Shown piece by piece: positions 18,781 through 28,358 of a DNA stretch of 64,000 nucleotides; position 1 is the first letter of the stretch; every line of letters starts with the position of its first letter. Location: IMG/VR virus record IMGVR_UViG_3300030085_002431, positions 124,001 to 188,000 of that record; one strand, given 5' to 3'. Under the pieces are notes generated by a model. It ran no database searches. It was not told the origin of the DNA and was given only the letters and a program-made list of their open reading frames with translations. The position numbers were made by a program, and so were the translations under genes.

Positions 18781-18816
18781 GCACCCCTTGACAGGGGTGC
18801 TTTTTTTATATATACT
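18781..18816 (+). terminator. Terminator with embedded promoter (TTGACA-17-TATACT)
   Basis: GCACCCC-TTGACA-GGGGTGC-T7. Confidence 0.8.
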
Positions 18817-18843
18817 ATGTAAAGAATTATTACAGGAGGTAAC

Positions 18844-19047
18844 ATGACCGTAACAACCAACGAATATGGACAAAATAATCTCTTTGCCAAAGAGCCCCAA
18901 ATGGTGGTAGAATCCTACAACCGTAAGGGACTGTATTCTCCCCAGCAGTTTGCCGAGGTCTATAATGGACGTTGGGCAATGATGGGTATTGTCAGTGGCT
19001 TGATTTCGTATGCAACAACTGGTAAACTGTTCTTTGGTATCTTTTGA
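18844..19047 (+). CDS. hli: High-light-inducible protein
   Basis: AEVYNGRWAMMG. Confidence 0.95.
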   Translation: MTVTTNEYGQNNLFAKEPQMVVESYNRKGLYSPQQFAEVYNGRWAMMGIVSGLISYATTGKLFFGIF

Positions 19048-19065
19048 ATTTTTGTAAAGTAAACT

Positions 19066-19359
19066 ATGGCTTTTAATATTACTCTTCGTCAACCCGATGG
19101 TACTGAAACCGTTATTCCTTGTGAAGACGACCAGTATATTCTAGATGCTGCTGATGAAGCAGGAGTTGACCTGAACTATTCTTGTCGTGCGGGTGCATGT
19201 TCTTCTTGTGCAGGTAAGATTGTTTCTGGTACGGTTGACCAATCCGATCAGTCTTTTCTTGATGATGACCAAATCGAAGCAGGTTTTGTGCTAACATGTG
19301 TGGCGTACCCAACCTCTGATTGTGTCGTAGAGACTGAGAAAGAGGAAGAACTTTATTGA
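19066..19359 (+). CDS. petF: [2Fe-2S] ferredoxin
   Basis: [13 protein letters not shown]...LTCVAYP. Confidence 0.98.
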   Translation: MAFNITLRQPDGTETVIPCEDDQYILDAADEAGVDLNYSCRAGACSSCAGKIVSGTVDQSDQSFLDDDQIEAGFVLTCVAYPTSDCVVETEKEEELY

Positions 19360-19364
19360 TTATC

Positions 19365-19517
19365 ATGCCAGACCCTGATGCATTATGGAAGGATATGCAG
19401 AAACTCGACGATATGTACGAAGAGTTACTGTGGCATCCAGATGATGAGTTACAATTCACTCATGATGGAGTGAAGATTATTATCACAAACAAAACCTTAG
19501 AGGATAAACAACAATGA
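19365..19517 (+). CDS. Hypothetical protein (50 aa)
   Basis: Fills gap; ATGA overlap with hli. Confidence 0.6.
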   Translation: MPDPDALWKDMQKLDDMYEELLWHPDDELQFTHDGVKIIITNKTLEDKQQ

Positions 19518-19633
19518 AAGACTTCTTTAACGAAAAAGCAGAAAACCTTAACGGTCGAATGGCAATGGTTGGTTTCGTTGCTGCCGTTGGTGCATATCTG
19601 ACTACAGGACAAGTAATCCCAGGAGTATGGTGA
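19514..19633 (+). CDS. hli: High-light-inducible protein (39 aa)
   Basis: AENLNGRMAMVG...TTGQVIPGVW; missed by ORF track. Confidence 0.95.
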   Translation: MKDFFNEKAENLNGRMAMVGFVAAVGAYLTTGQVIPGVW

Positions 19634-19758
19634 TGTTAGCCCTAGCAGGACTTTTGCTAGGGGCATTCATTCTTGGGTCCGTCCTAGTCGAAGATGAACA
19701 TGATGATGGTGATGGACCAGATGGTGGTCTTATGACTCCCGTGTATAACCCTATTTGA
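19633..19758 (+). CDS. Small membrane protein (41 aa)
   Basis: TM followed by DDGDGPDGGLMTPV. Confidence 0.6.
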   Translation: MLALAGLLLGAFILGSVLVEDEHDDGDGPDGGLMTPVYNPI

Positions 19759-19763
19759 TTATT

Positions 19764-20126
19764 ATGGAAGAAACTCTTGCTGCAAAACGTAAAGCAATTG
19801 CAGTCTGCAATCAAGGTGTTGTTCAACAACTCTATGATGTCATCGCAGAACTAGGATGGGACTGCTATGACGATGTTGTCGTAGAGATTGGTGGCACGTC
19901 TGTGTATGAAATTGAAGGTGCTGGCACTAAGTGGGCACCTGTAAAAGGCACCCGTAAGTATAATAAGGATGCCTTTATTGTTATTAAAAATAAGTCTAGG
20001 GACCAGATGATTTTCTCTAATCCTAACCCTGACCTTAAAGCACATCATCTCAAGACTGAGAAAGAACTTGCTGCTGAACTCAAAAGGTCAGATGATGCAA
20101 AAATGTACGAAACTTACAGCAAGTAA
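19764..20126 (+). CDS. Hypothetical protein
   Basis: ORF. Confidence 0.65.
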   Translation: MEETLAAKRKAIAVCNQGVVQQLYDVIAELGWDCYDDVVVEIGGTSVYEIEGAGTKWAPVKGTRKYNKDAFIVIKNKSRDQMIFSNPNPDLKAHHLKTEKELAAELKRSDDAKMYETYSK

Positions 20127-20128
20127 AA

Positions 20129-20317
20129 ATGGAAAACCTGACTGAACTTCTAACTTATTATGTAATTGTTGCCTTCGTATTTGTCGGAGCACCAGGAGTT
20201 TTCTTCTTCATTGTATTCATGCCTGCCCTTCAAAATACTAAGGGTAGAATGGTTGGATATAAGGACCATAAGACATATGGTGATAGTACAATTTACGAAG
20301 TAAATCGAACTACTTGA
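20129..20317 (+). CDS. Small membrane protein
   Basis: Hydrophobic N-half. Confidence 0.65.
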   Translation: MENLTELLTYYVIVAFVFVGAPGVFFFIVFMPALQNTKGRMVGYKDHKTYGDSTIYEVNRTT

Positions 20318-20456
20318 TTGTTAAGTACATCTTAAACGAGAATTTCATACTAAATAGTAAAATCCAATATCGGATAAACCACCCAAGGAGAGTTCTGTGA
20401 GTAATTAATTTTTACATTAAGATGTAGGACTCTTTGTTGGATACCATTCAAAAGGT

Positions 20457-20651
20457 ATGACGCATTTAACGAGAGATGTGCTTGTAAAGTCTATTGTTGC
20501 CGAAGAAGTTCGGGATATGAAAGGTGACGGTTACCTAGAAGCACTCAAAAATCTCTATCATAAATGGGAACACGTATCTAGTGATGAACTGTGTACCCGA
20601 TACAACGAAATAAAAGAAACACATATAACGAAGGAACACCTCAAACCTTGA
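20457..20651 (+). CDS. Hypothetical protein
   Basis: ORF after a structured 140-nt intergenic region. Confidence 0.65.
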   Translation: MTHLTRDVLVKSIVAEEVRDMKGDGYLEALKNLYHKWEHVSSDELCTRYNEIKETHITKEHLKP

Positions 20652-20710
20652 CCCTTGACAAGACCCCCTATAGGCATGTACTATAGGGGTTCACTGATGA
20701 GAGACTTGAA

Positions 20711-21280
20711 TTGATTAGGATTTTAGCTACAATTGCATTACTAAGTGCTTCATGTACTGCAGCAACACTTGATGCAGACTTGAATCCAGATACTTCTATG
20801 CCTATTGAAGTTAAAGAATCTCGTTGGGAGTGTCCTGATTGCACACCTAACGAACAATATGTCCTCAAACAACTACAAGAAAAAACCAAAATTAGAGACC
20901 GTAATGCACTTGCAACACTGTTGGGAAACATTAAACAGGAAAGCAACTTCCATCCCAACATATGCGAGGGAGGGGCTAGAGTTTCTTATGGGGATTGCAC
21001 TCGGGGTGGGTATGGCCTTATTCAGTGGACCAGCCTAGGTCGTTATATGGCTCTTGGTAAATTCTGTGAAAAATATGGATGTGACCCAAGCAGTCTAGAA
21101 GGACAAACTCGTTTCATGATTAACGAGACAACTTTTCAACGTTACCTTCCAGAGTTTGAAGGTCGTGGATTTAGTATCCATCAATACATGGTTCCTGCTT
21201 ATTATTGGTTAGGATGGGGAATCAAAGGAAACCGAGAGGTTTATTCGCATAACTATTATCAGAAACTCGTTTGGCAATGA
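20711..21280 (+). CDS. Exported phage-tail-lysozyme-like protein
   Basis: Signal peptide; LGNIKQES...GYGLIQWT. Confidence 0.8.
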   Translation: MIRILATIALLSASCTAATLDADLNPDTSMPIEVKESRWECPDCTPNEQYVLKQLQEKTKIRDRNALATLLGNIKQESNFHPNICEGGARVSYGDCTRGGYGLIQWTSLGRYMALGKFCEKYGCDPSSLEGQTRFMINETTFQRYLPEFEGRGFSIHQYMVPAYYWLGWGIKGNREVYSHNYYQKLVWQ

Positions 21281-21723
21281 TTTTTAAAGCAATCAAAGAG
21301 ACCCTAGGTCAAGTGTTTCATTCTCCTGAAGCATCTGGAACATGGGGAACGGATGATGTTAAACTTCCATTTTGGGATGATGCAGACATTGAATGTGCAA
21401 TTGATGAAGAAGTTGTGGACTGCAGTGAAATGGACAGTCCTCCTTATGTCGGTGTTCCTGCTCCTGCGTACCTAGAGGATGATGAATGGTTTGGTCCTGC
21501 TCCAGTTCTTACAGAAAAGCAGGAAGCATACATTCAACTTGAAGAAGCAACTGAAAGACTTCATGAAGATATGCGTAAAGAGTCTGGAAAAGTCGAGTCT
21601 GAAAATATCCATGAAGAACTGTATAAAATGGCAAGTAAGAACTGGAACACTGTGAGTGAGACTCAGGGTGGTTCAGAGAACTTCCAAGAAGGTCCTAATG
21701 GATGGAGTTCAGGAATCCGATGA
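21277..21723 (+). CDS. Acidic hypothetical protein
   Basis: ORF, ATGA coupling. Confidence 0.65.
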   Translation: MIFKAIKETLGQVFHSPEASGTWGTDDVKLPFWDDADIECAIDEEVVDCSEMDSPPYVGVPAPAYLEDDEWFGPAPVLTEKQEAYIQLEEATERLHEDMRKESGKVESENIHEELYKMASKNWNTVSETQGGSENFQEGPNGWSSGIR

Positions 21724-21935
21724 CAACACTTGACGACTGGCGTTATAATGACGACAGGATGCTTGTCAGAGAACAGGCATTGAAAATCTTGATGTCAAAG
21801 TTTGGTCATGTTATGGATGGGGTAGTTCCTAAGTATTCCCCACAGTCCATCTATGAGTGTGCTCATGATTGGGTTTCTCAAGGACACAACACGACTGCTG
21901 GCATCGTTAAATATTATGAGGCTTATTATCAATGA
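21720..21935 (+). CDS. Hypothetical protein
   Basis: ATGA coupling. Confidence 0.65.
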   Translation: MTTLDDWRYNDDRMLVREQALKILMSKFGHVMDGVVPKYSPQSIYECAHDWVSQGHNTTAGIVKYYEAYYQ

Positions 21936-22603
21936 AAACTTTTTTGACTGCGTTGGTTGCTGCTGCTGCAGTTTCTCTTCCTGCCTTTGCTGACAACTCT
22001 AAAATCACCAAGGGTTTTCATACTATGGATGCAATGGGGTGTATGCTACTTCGAGAGTGTACAAATGGAGTCGATAAGGTCGAAAGCATCGCAACTATTG
22101 CTGATGAGTATCCCGATATTGATTTTAATATTGTTGCTGACGAGTTCAACGCAATGCTCGTTGCTTTTGAACAGATCGGAGTTGGGGTGTTTCTAGCAGA
22201 TAGTAAGTATTTTCCACACAGTCATCGTGGTGTTTATCATACTGTTGGTAATAACTTCTTTCTTAATAGGAAGTATATGGACAGTACCAATTATCTGATG
22301 CAGGTAATGCGTCATGAGGGTTGGCACGCTGCACAGGACTGTATGGCAGGAACTATCGAGAATAGTTTGATTGCTATTATCAAACCTGAAGATGAAGTTC
22401 CTATTGTTTGGCGTGTTCTGGCAGAACGTACCTATCCTAAAAATGCAGTTCCTTGGGAAGCAGAAGCATCGTGGGCAGGTCGCACTGAGAATATGACCAT
22501 GGAAGCACTTCAGGCATGTGCAGCAGGTAAGATGTGGGAAGTGTATGAACCCACTCCTCTGACTCGTAAGTATCTTGTTGAAGAGGGTTATATCAAGGAT
22601 TGA
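21932..22603 (+). CDS. Exported HExxH metallopeptidase-like protein
   Basis: Signal peptide; RHEGWHAAQ and downstream WEAEA. Confidence 0.7.
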   Translation: MKTFLTALVAAAAVSLPAFADNSKITKGFHTMDAMGCMLLRECTNGVDKVESIATIADEYPDIDFNIVADEFNAMLVAFEQIGVGVFLADSKYFPHSHRGVYHTVGNNFFLNRKYMDSTNYLMQVMRHEGWHAAQDCMAGTIENSLIAIIKPEDEVPIVWRVLAERTYPKNAVPWEAEASWAGRTENMTMEALQACAAGKMWEVYEPTPLTRKYLVEEGYIKD

Positions 22604-22612
22604 TAAATAAAA

Positions 22613-22924
22613 ATGCCTTGCCTCTTTAAAATGCCAGTATCACCTAAGGATACGGTGGTAAAAAAAGAGGAAACCAAAAAGGAAAACAAATTTGAATGGG
22701 CTGATGAAGGGGTTTCGACCCTTGTGAGAGTTATTATATTGGGATGGTCAGCAGCAATACTGACCCTTAACTATGTAAGTATTCCTGGTATTCCTCAGAA
22801 GAACATCGATCCAACTTTCATAGCCAGTGTTTTTACAGGAACTTTAGCGACCTTTGGGGTTGTTCCTGCTAAAAAGAAAGAAGAAAAACCAGAAGTAGAG
22901 ACTAAAGAGAAGGTTGAAAAATGA
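22613..22924 (+). CDS. Two-TM membrane protein
   Basis: IDPTFIASVFTGTLATFGV. Confidence 0.7.
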   Translation: MPCLFKMPVSPKDTVVKKEETKKENKFEWADEGVSTLVRVIILGWSAAILTLNYVSIPGIPQKNIDPTFIASVFTGTLATFGVVPAKKKEEKPEVETKEKVEK

Positions 22925-23213
22925 GAGACGGAGGCAAATGGAGAGCATACTACCTAGAACATCGAGGAGGATTATCTCCATGCCAACAAAAACTTCTCAT
23001 TGAAGGTCCAAAGTCTCTCTCCCAAGCATGGCAATTAAATGCTATGTGGTATGATTACCAAAAGAGATTCTTGAAAGATGAACCTAGTTCTTAGACCACT
23101 ATCTGATATTAACGACCCCACATGGAGTGTCATAATTTCCCTCGTCATTCTTTTGGCGGGGGTTTTTTATGTTATTGTCTATATAATAAGTATGGCAAAT
23201 AATGAATTAAACG

Positions 23214-23603
23214 ATGAGCGACCTGACGAATAAGGATGCTGAACAAGACTCTAAACTTGCTGTCTTGGAAAGTAAGATTGAAAGTTATCGAGAACGCATC
23301 ATTGCGCTTGAGGGAGAAACAAAAGATGTTTCTGTCATTGATAGCACTCTAGAGAATGCTATTCGTCGTATTGAGATGGTTCACCAACGTATTGATAGAA
23401 CAGAAGAGAAACTTAAGCAAGTTGAACAGAAAGTTCTAGACAATAAAATTTGGATTCAAAGAGCATCTGCTGTCATTGGTGCAGCAGTTACTATTATTGG
23501 ACTTATTGCTGCCATGCCATCAGACGCAGATGCTCAGGAGGCATATTATGGGAGCAATGACACCCCCCAGCAGGAAGTCGTGTTACAACTTCCGAGTAGT
23601 TGA
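23214..23603 (+). CDS. Coiled-coil protein with C-terminal TM
   Basis: Heptad pattern followed by hydrophobic helix. Confidence 0.6.
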   Translation: MSDLTNKDAEQDSKLAVLESKIESYRERIIALEGETKDVSVIDSTLENAIRRIEMVHQRIDRTEEKLKQVEQKVLDNKIWIQRASAVIGAAVTIIGLIAAMPSDADAQEAYYGSNDTPQQEVVLQLPSS

Positions 23604-24009
23604 AATCAATAGAGTTGTTGATGGTGATACCATCGATGTAACTATTGACTTAGGTTTTGACCTTTTTAAAAAAGAAAGGGTAAGAGTTGCAGGTGTTGAC
23701 ACACCAGAAAAACGCACAAGAGACCTAGAGGAAAAGGAGTTAGGAATTGAGGCAACGAATTGGCTCAAAGAGAAGTTGGATGGTGCCATTAGTGGGGATG
23801 ACGATCTTGTTATTCGTACTGAGCTTGTTGGTGGTATGGGCAAGTATGGTCGTCTTCTCGGATGGCTTTACATTGGAGACAGTGAACTTTCCTTGAACGA
23901 AATAATGATTGAGGAAGGTTATGCCTGGTCATACGACGGTGGAACTAAACAAAAAAACTTTGAAGAACTTAGAGAAATTCGTCGTGCTAAAGGCACGTTG
24001 GTATCATGA
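23548..24009 (+). CDS. Thermonuclease (SNase)-family nuclease
   Basis: VVDGDTI, RVAGVDTPE, KYGRLL, EEGYA. Confidence 0.92.
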   Translation: MGAMTPPSRKSCYNFRVVEINRVVDGDTIDVTIDLGFDLFKKERVRVAGVDTPEKRTRDLEEKELGIEATNWLKEKLDGAISGDDDLVIRTELVGGMGKYGRLLGWLYIGDSELSLNEIMIEEGYAWSYDGGTKQKNFEELREIRRAKGTLVS

Positions 24010-24185
24010 CCTTTAAAAAGAAAAAGAGAAGCCTGGGCTGGCACATCGAGCAGAAACTTGATGACACAGCAATGTGGCACAAGAGAGTTATTCGCAACAT
24101 TCAAAAGAAGTACGACCTGACAAATTACAATCTTTTATGGATTGCATTTGCTAAGGGAGTTCTACTTGGTTTAATTATACTGTGA
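24006..24185 (+). CDS. Small membrane protein (59 aa)
   Basis: ATGA overlap; C-terminal TM. Confidence 0.55.
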   Translation: MTFKKKKRSLGWHIEQKLDDTAMWHKRVIRNIQKKYDLTNYNLLWIAFAKGVLLGLIIL

Positions 24186-24192
24186 GGACACC

Positions 24193-24438
24193 ATGCAGAA
24201 ACTAATCAATGTACTTGCACTTGCGTCTTTTGCTGTATCTGCTGCCGTTGTTGGTGGTGGCACTTGGTTATATCTTAACAAGGATGTCTTAATTGAAAGA
24301 GCAAGAGAGAGGGCAGCAGCTGCGGCAACGGAAGCAGTGGCAGGAGCACTTCCTGGTCTCATCGATGCTGCTATGCCAGAAATGCCTGAAATGCCTAAGC
24401 ATACAGGTGGTGCTATTCCACCAGTGAGGATGCCATGA
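24193..24438 (+). CDS. Membrane-anchored hypothetical protein
   Basis: GAGGA SD; N-terminal TM. Confidence 0.7.
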   Translation: MQKLINVLALASFAVSAAVVGGGTWLYLNKDVLIERARERAAAAATEAVAGALPGLIDAAMPEMPEMPKHTGGAIPPVRMP

Positions 24439-25097
24439 AACCATACTGGGAAACTAACAAAGAAGAACCTGGAGATTACTATCCAGAACCAAAGACTGAA
24501 GAACCAAAAGTAAAAGGTACGTCACCATTGAAGATGGTTGCCATTGCTGCTGGTTCACTTTTTGCAATATCACATATCGGTCTTTTGGGTTATCTTGTAA
24601 GACAACCTGAACAACCTAGAGTTCCACAAGTTCCAACAATTAATATTCCCCGTGGGGATTATTCTTCATATACCATCAAAGCAGGAAAGGATGGATATGA
24701 AATTCAATATAAAGCAAATGACCCTGCTATTCTTGAGTCAGAAAGGTCTTTGAATCTTAATCAGAATAAGAAAGGATTGTTTGGTGGTGGCACTGAACAA
24801 CGCAATGAGTATCGTCGTGACCAATACACCATGGACGGAACCCGTAACATCGGGGGAGGTGCAATAGGTGAAGAGGGAAAGATGAATGCCCAAAGCGCAG
24901 AGTGTATAGCGGCGGACGCTGGAGCACGGTCACAAGGTGCAATGGCAGGTAGTTCTATTGCTGCTGGTTTAGTTGTTCCTGCGGTTGCTAACATTCCTTA
25001 TGTTGGATGGTTAGCAGGTGGTTGGGCATTACTCTTAGGACAAAGAGCAGGTTCTTCAATCGGTTCACAAGTTGGACAAGTATTTAATGATTGTTAA
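24435..25097 (+). CDS. Membrane protein with glycine-zipper C-terminus
   Basis: IPYVGWLAGGW...GSSIGSQVG. Confidence 0.7.
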   Translation: MKPYWETNKEEPGDYYPEPKTEEPKVKGTSPLKMVAIAAGSLFAISHIGLLGYLVRQPEQPRVPQVPTINIPRGDYSSYTIKAGKDGYEIQYKANDPAILESERSLNLNQNKKGLFGGGTEQRNEYRRDQYTMDGTRNIGGGAIGEEGKMNAQSAECIAADAGARSQGAMAGSSIAAGLVVPAVANIPYVGWLAGGWALLLGQRAGSSIGSQVGQVFNDC

Positions 25098-25112
25098 ATA
25101 GAAAGAAAACAC

Positions 25113-25325
25113 ATGTCAGAGTTTAACACTCCTCATAGAGACCCCTGGTACTCTATGATTAAAGAGTGTCAGGATGCCGTAGATAGGCATACCCAGATGT
25201 ACTTAGAAACATATGATGTATTTCATTTGAATCAAGCAGATTTAATAAGACTCTACATGTGTAGATTGAAAGAGTGGATTACTAAGAATGAATCGGAGAT
25301 GAACGATGCCTGCGGAGATTCCTAA
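25113..25325 (+). CDS. Hypothetical protein
   Basis: ORF. Confidence 0.6.
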   Translation: MSEFNTPHRDPWYSMIKECQDAVDRHTQMYLETYDVFHLNQADLIRLYMCRLKEWITKNESEMNDACGDS

Positions 25326-26139
25326 TATTGGTACTAAGGACATTAGAATCAAAACATTACGGATTAATGATATTAGAGTTCCTGAGGTTACTACTTGGGA
25401 TAGAGATACTTCTTTGGCTATTCCTTATGCTGCACCAGTTACGGTAGATATAGGTAGTCCTATTGTTGATATTCCTGGATGTGTTGAGGCACATGAGGTA
25501 GATGAAAACAATATGTTGGAAGATGCTGACCCAAAAGGCACTGAAACCTTTTGTGATGCAGGAATTCCATCTTACAATCCGATTGATTATAATAAAGGAA
25601 AATTAAAGTTTGAGCGTGAGACTCCAGTACCACCAGTTGCACCACCACCAAAAAAGGAAACACCAGAACCAGAAGTAAACACACCCAAGACACCAGATAC
25701 TTCAGGAGCAACTGCAGAGATTGAATGTCCTACCCAGAAACAATTGTCGGAGGAACCTGTTGGTTTCATCTTCGACAGTGGTAGGAAAGTTGTTATTGGA
25801 TATAAGTTAGAAGGAACTGAATGTATTCGATTAGTTGAAGATGTTCCAATCATTCAACAAGCCATAAATGGATTACCCCCAACGGGGACCGTAATCACCA
25901 CTGGGGGTATTGCTGTTGTTGCTACTACTTCTGCACTGCTTGCTAAACCTTTCGCAGATATACTTCTGAAGGTTATCAAACCTACAGTCAAGAAGGTTCT
26001 TAAAAAGGTTGCTCAGATTAGAGGCAAGAAGATTAAGGTCGAATCTGTATCGGACCGCCGAGCAGAGCAGCGGATTCGGAATGAAGCGATTGCAAAGCTT
26101 CGGTCTGTTGCGGTGAAGAGCCAGAAGAAGAAGAAGTAG
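25306..26139 (+). CDS. Hypothetical membrane protein
   Basis: Pro-rich linker, Cys pairs, TM, basic tail. Confidence 0.7.
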   Translation: MPAEIPNIGTKDIRIKTLRINDIRVPEVTTWDRDTSLAIPYAAPVTVDIGSPIVDIPGCVEAHEVDENNMLEDADPKGTETFCDAGIPSYNPIDYNKGKLKFERETPVPPVAPPPKKETPEPEVNTPKTPDTSGATAEIECPTQKQLSEEPVGFIFDSGRKVVIGYKLEGTECIRLVEDVPIIQQAINGLPPTGTVITTGGIAVVATTSALLAKPFADILLKVIKPTVKKVLKKVAQIRGKKIKVESVSDRRAEQRIRNEAIAKLRSVAVKSQKKKK

Positions 26140-26962
26140 TAGGTTCTGGAATAGTGTGTGCGTGAGGTTTGATGTAAGTGACATCTCGTACCATTACATC
26201 AGCACAAATAGAATAATAAGGACTCTTGGGATGGAAACTGATTCCCTCCTTTAATAATTGTCCACAATTTTTTAGTCTCGCAATCTCAAAGTCTAACCGC
26301 TTGTTGGCAGTTAATTGTTGTTGCAACTTAATCTGTGTTTCTGCTGCTTCTTTGCAGAGTGCTTGTGCTTTTTTGTCTAGCGGTGTAGACCAGGTTAGTG
26401 AGAATCCTAACCCAAGACTGTAATTATCTTTCTGTCCTGTTCTTGTAGGAACATTGTATAAAATGGAGCCTGGACTATCTGGTGCTCCATCGGGAATATC
26501 ATTTCCATCATCATCAAAATCACCAGTCAAATCCCTCATGTCATAAACGGGAGACGGGTAATATGCTTCATACGGTCTCATGAACGAAGTTGTTCCAGTT
26601 ACATACGGGGTGAAGTTTCTGGTAGCACCTTGACATTGGACTCCACCCCCATAAGTATTCGTAATGTAGGGTCCTTGTAATACCTGGATTGCCTGATTAG
26701 TGACGGAGCCACTACTATTAGCAACAGGAGCAGCAGTAGCGGAGACACCACCAACAGTTTCTGCCAAAGATTGAGATGGGAATAATCCACTAAGTATTAT
26801 TGGGAGAATATACTTGTAGTATCTGTTACCGAGGTTACCTCGGTTGTTCTTTGTATAATTGTGTGGTTTGACAGCCCTGGGCCTTTTACGGTCTCGGTAA
26901 ACTGGAACGCTGCTCCTGGGGTTGTCTGTGTGAATGTTGGTTTTGAACCCACTCCAGTCCAT
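26033..26962 (-). CDS. Exported hypothetical protein; start uncertain
   Basis: Signal-peptide-like RYYKYILPIILSGLFPSQSLA/E has no nearby canonical start codon. Confidence 0.65.
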   Translation of the reverse strand: MDWSGFKTNIHTDNPRSSVPVYRDRKRPRAVKPHNYTKNNRGNLGNRYYKYILPIILSGLFPSQSLAETVGGVSATAAPVANSSGSVTNQAIQVLQGPYITNTYGGGVQCQGATRNFTPYVTGTTSFMRPYEAYYPSPVYDMRDLTGDFDDDGNDIPDGAPDSPGSILYNVPTRTGQKDNYSLGLGFSLTWSTPLDKKAQALCKEAAETQIKLQQQLTANKRLDFEIARLKNCGQLLKEGISFHPKSPYYSICADVMVRDVTYIKPHAHTIPEPTTSSSSGSSPQQTEALQSLHSESAALLGGPIQIRP

Positions 26963-27240
26963 GTTGAATTCACTCCTTCAATGGTTACATTAGTTGTATG
27001 AGGCGTTGGTGAAAGGTTTCCAGATGCAGTAACACCTGAACCTGTAGCAGAGTATTGATACCCTGTGTTATAGTCCATCGAATTGATGGTCTCAGTGATT
27101 GTTTGTGTTGTTTCAGTATGGCTGGTCATTGAGCCCTGGGTGAAGTTTGGTACAACAGGAACAGAGTGTCCAGGTTGCACCAAACCATGTATTACACCAA
27201 GAACCAATCCCAATCCGATTGCTTCTTGTAGTCTAGTCAT
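26797..27240 (-). CDS. Exported Thr-rich hypothetical protein
   Basis: Signal peptide, VPVVPNFTQGSM. Confidence 0.7.
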   Translation of the reverse strand: MTRLQEAIGLGLVLGVIHGLVQPGHSVPVVPNFTQGSMTSHTETTQTITETINSMDYNTGYQYSATGSGVTASGNLSPTPHTTNVTIEGVNSTWTGVGSKPTFTQTTPGAAFQFTETVKGPGLSNHTIIQRTTEVTSVTDTTSIFSQ

Positions 27241-27737
27241 CAGTCGATTACAGTAACTTCAGAGACGAATTGTCCGATTGCACTGGATCCAGCTCCGCCT
27301 GCGGTTACCGTAATTGCACCAGCACTGGTTACAGTACCAGCTAGGTCTCCTGCAGTTCCAGCTGAGTAAGAAGTAACTGAACCAAAGTTAGGAATTGCAC
27401 CTACAGTTGCAGCACTAGTAGGTAGTGCATCACCCTGTGTATAAGATTGACTGAAACTAAATGCTGCACCTGCGGTATCTTGTGTTGCAGCAATGGTTCC
27501 TGGGCTGTAAACACCACTGGTAATAGTACCAGCAGAAACTGTGTTTGCAGTTGATCCGTCCGTAGTATCAATATTTGAACCTGCGATACTGAACGAGGAT
27601 CCGATTCTTGAAGCAGTTGAACGCGCAGCATCTACGGTCAGTTGAACACTAGATGCATGTTTAGTAACAAGTCCGCCTGCATTTGCTGCAGATGCGGTCA
27701 TCAGAAGCATACCCAAAGTAATCGCTAGTCTCTTCAT
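27240..27737 (-). CDS. Exported Ala/Thr/Gly-rich hypothetical protein
   Basis: Signal peptide MKRL...ANA. Confidence 0.75.
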   Translation of the reverse strand: MKRLAITLGMLLMTASAANAGGLVTKHASSVQLTVDAARSTASRIGSSFSIAGSNIDTTDGSTANTVSAGTITSGVYSPGTIAATQDTAGAAFSFSQSYTQGDALPTSAATVGAIPNFGSVTSYSAGTAGDLAGTVTSAGAITVTAGGAGSSAIGQFVSEVTVID

Positions 27738-27810
27738 TTAAAATTCCAAGTGCGTCTTCACGACTATTTAGCAAACTATAAATATTTTCACAAAGATTTT
27801 TGTATGTCTG

Positions 27811-28353
27811 ATGACAACACGTACTGCAGCACTAGTGATTGATAATTTTCTTAGTGAAGAACAGTGGCAATGGATACAAAACAATCTTGCTGACTTCATG
27901 AATACCGATGGATTTGTCGAAAATATTCATGAACCATACAAGACTGGATTGGGGTGGATTGTTGATAAGTTAAAAGAGTTAGGTTTATATCAAGAACATT
28001 GGGAACAGACTATTCCTTCATGGTCTTTTATTAATACTTTACCACCAGGAATTGATAGAGAGTCTTCTGGAACTGGTTATCACATTGACTTTGGTGGTTT
28101 CATATATTATGCTCACCCTACATGGGATGAATCATGGGGTGGAAATTTGATGTTTGAGAACTGTGATGTTGATAAAATTGTTCCAATGCCAAATAGATTT
28201 GTTTGGATAAACCCAAAGGTTCCTCATGGAATCGAAGTTGTTAATAATACTGCACCACACAATAGAATTACTATTGTTGGATGGCCAGAGGGTTGTGTAG
28301 AATATAGTGCTGCTACGATGCAGATAAATACTCCTATGGGAGATACTGTTTGA
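27811..28353 (+). CDS. 2OG-Fe(II) oxygenase
   Basis: YHID, WDESWGG, PNR, PHG...R; late promoter TATAAATA upstream (27777). Confidence 0.85.
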   Translation: MTTRTAALVIDNFLSEEQWQWIQNNLADFMNTDGFVENIHEPYKTGLGWIVDKLKELGLYQEHWEQTIPSWSFINTLPPGIDRESSGTGYHIDFGGFIYYAHPTWDESWGGNLMFENCDVDKIVPMPNRFVWINPKVPHGIEVVNNTAPHNRITIVGWPEGCVEYSAATMQINTPMGDTV

Positions 28354-28358
28354 TAGGA

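Noticed and set aside
18819-18833. Possible NtcA box before hli
   Set aside because: Spacing is GTA-N9-TAC, not N8
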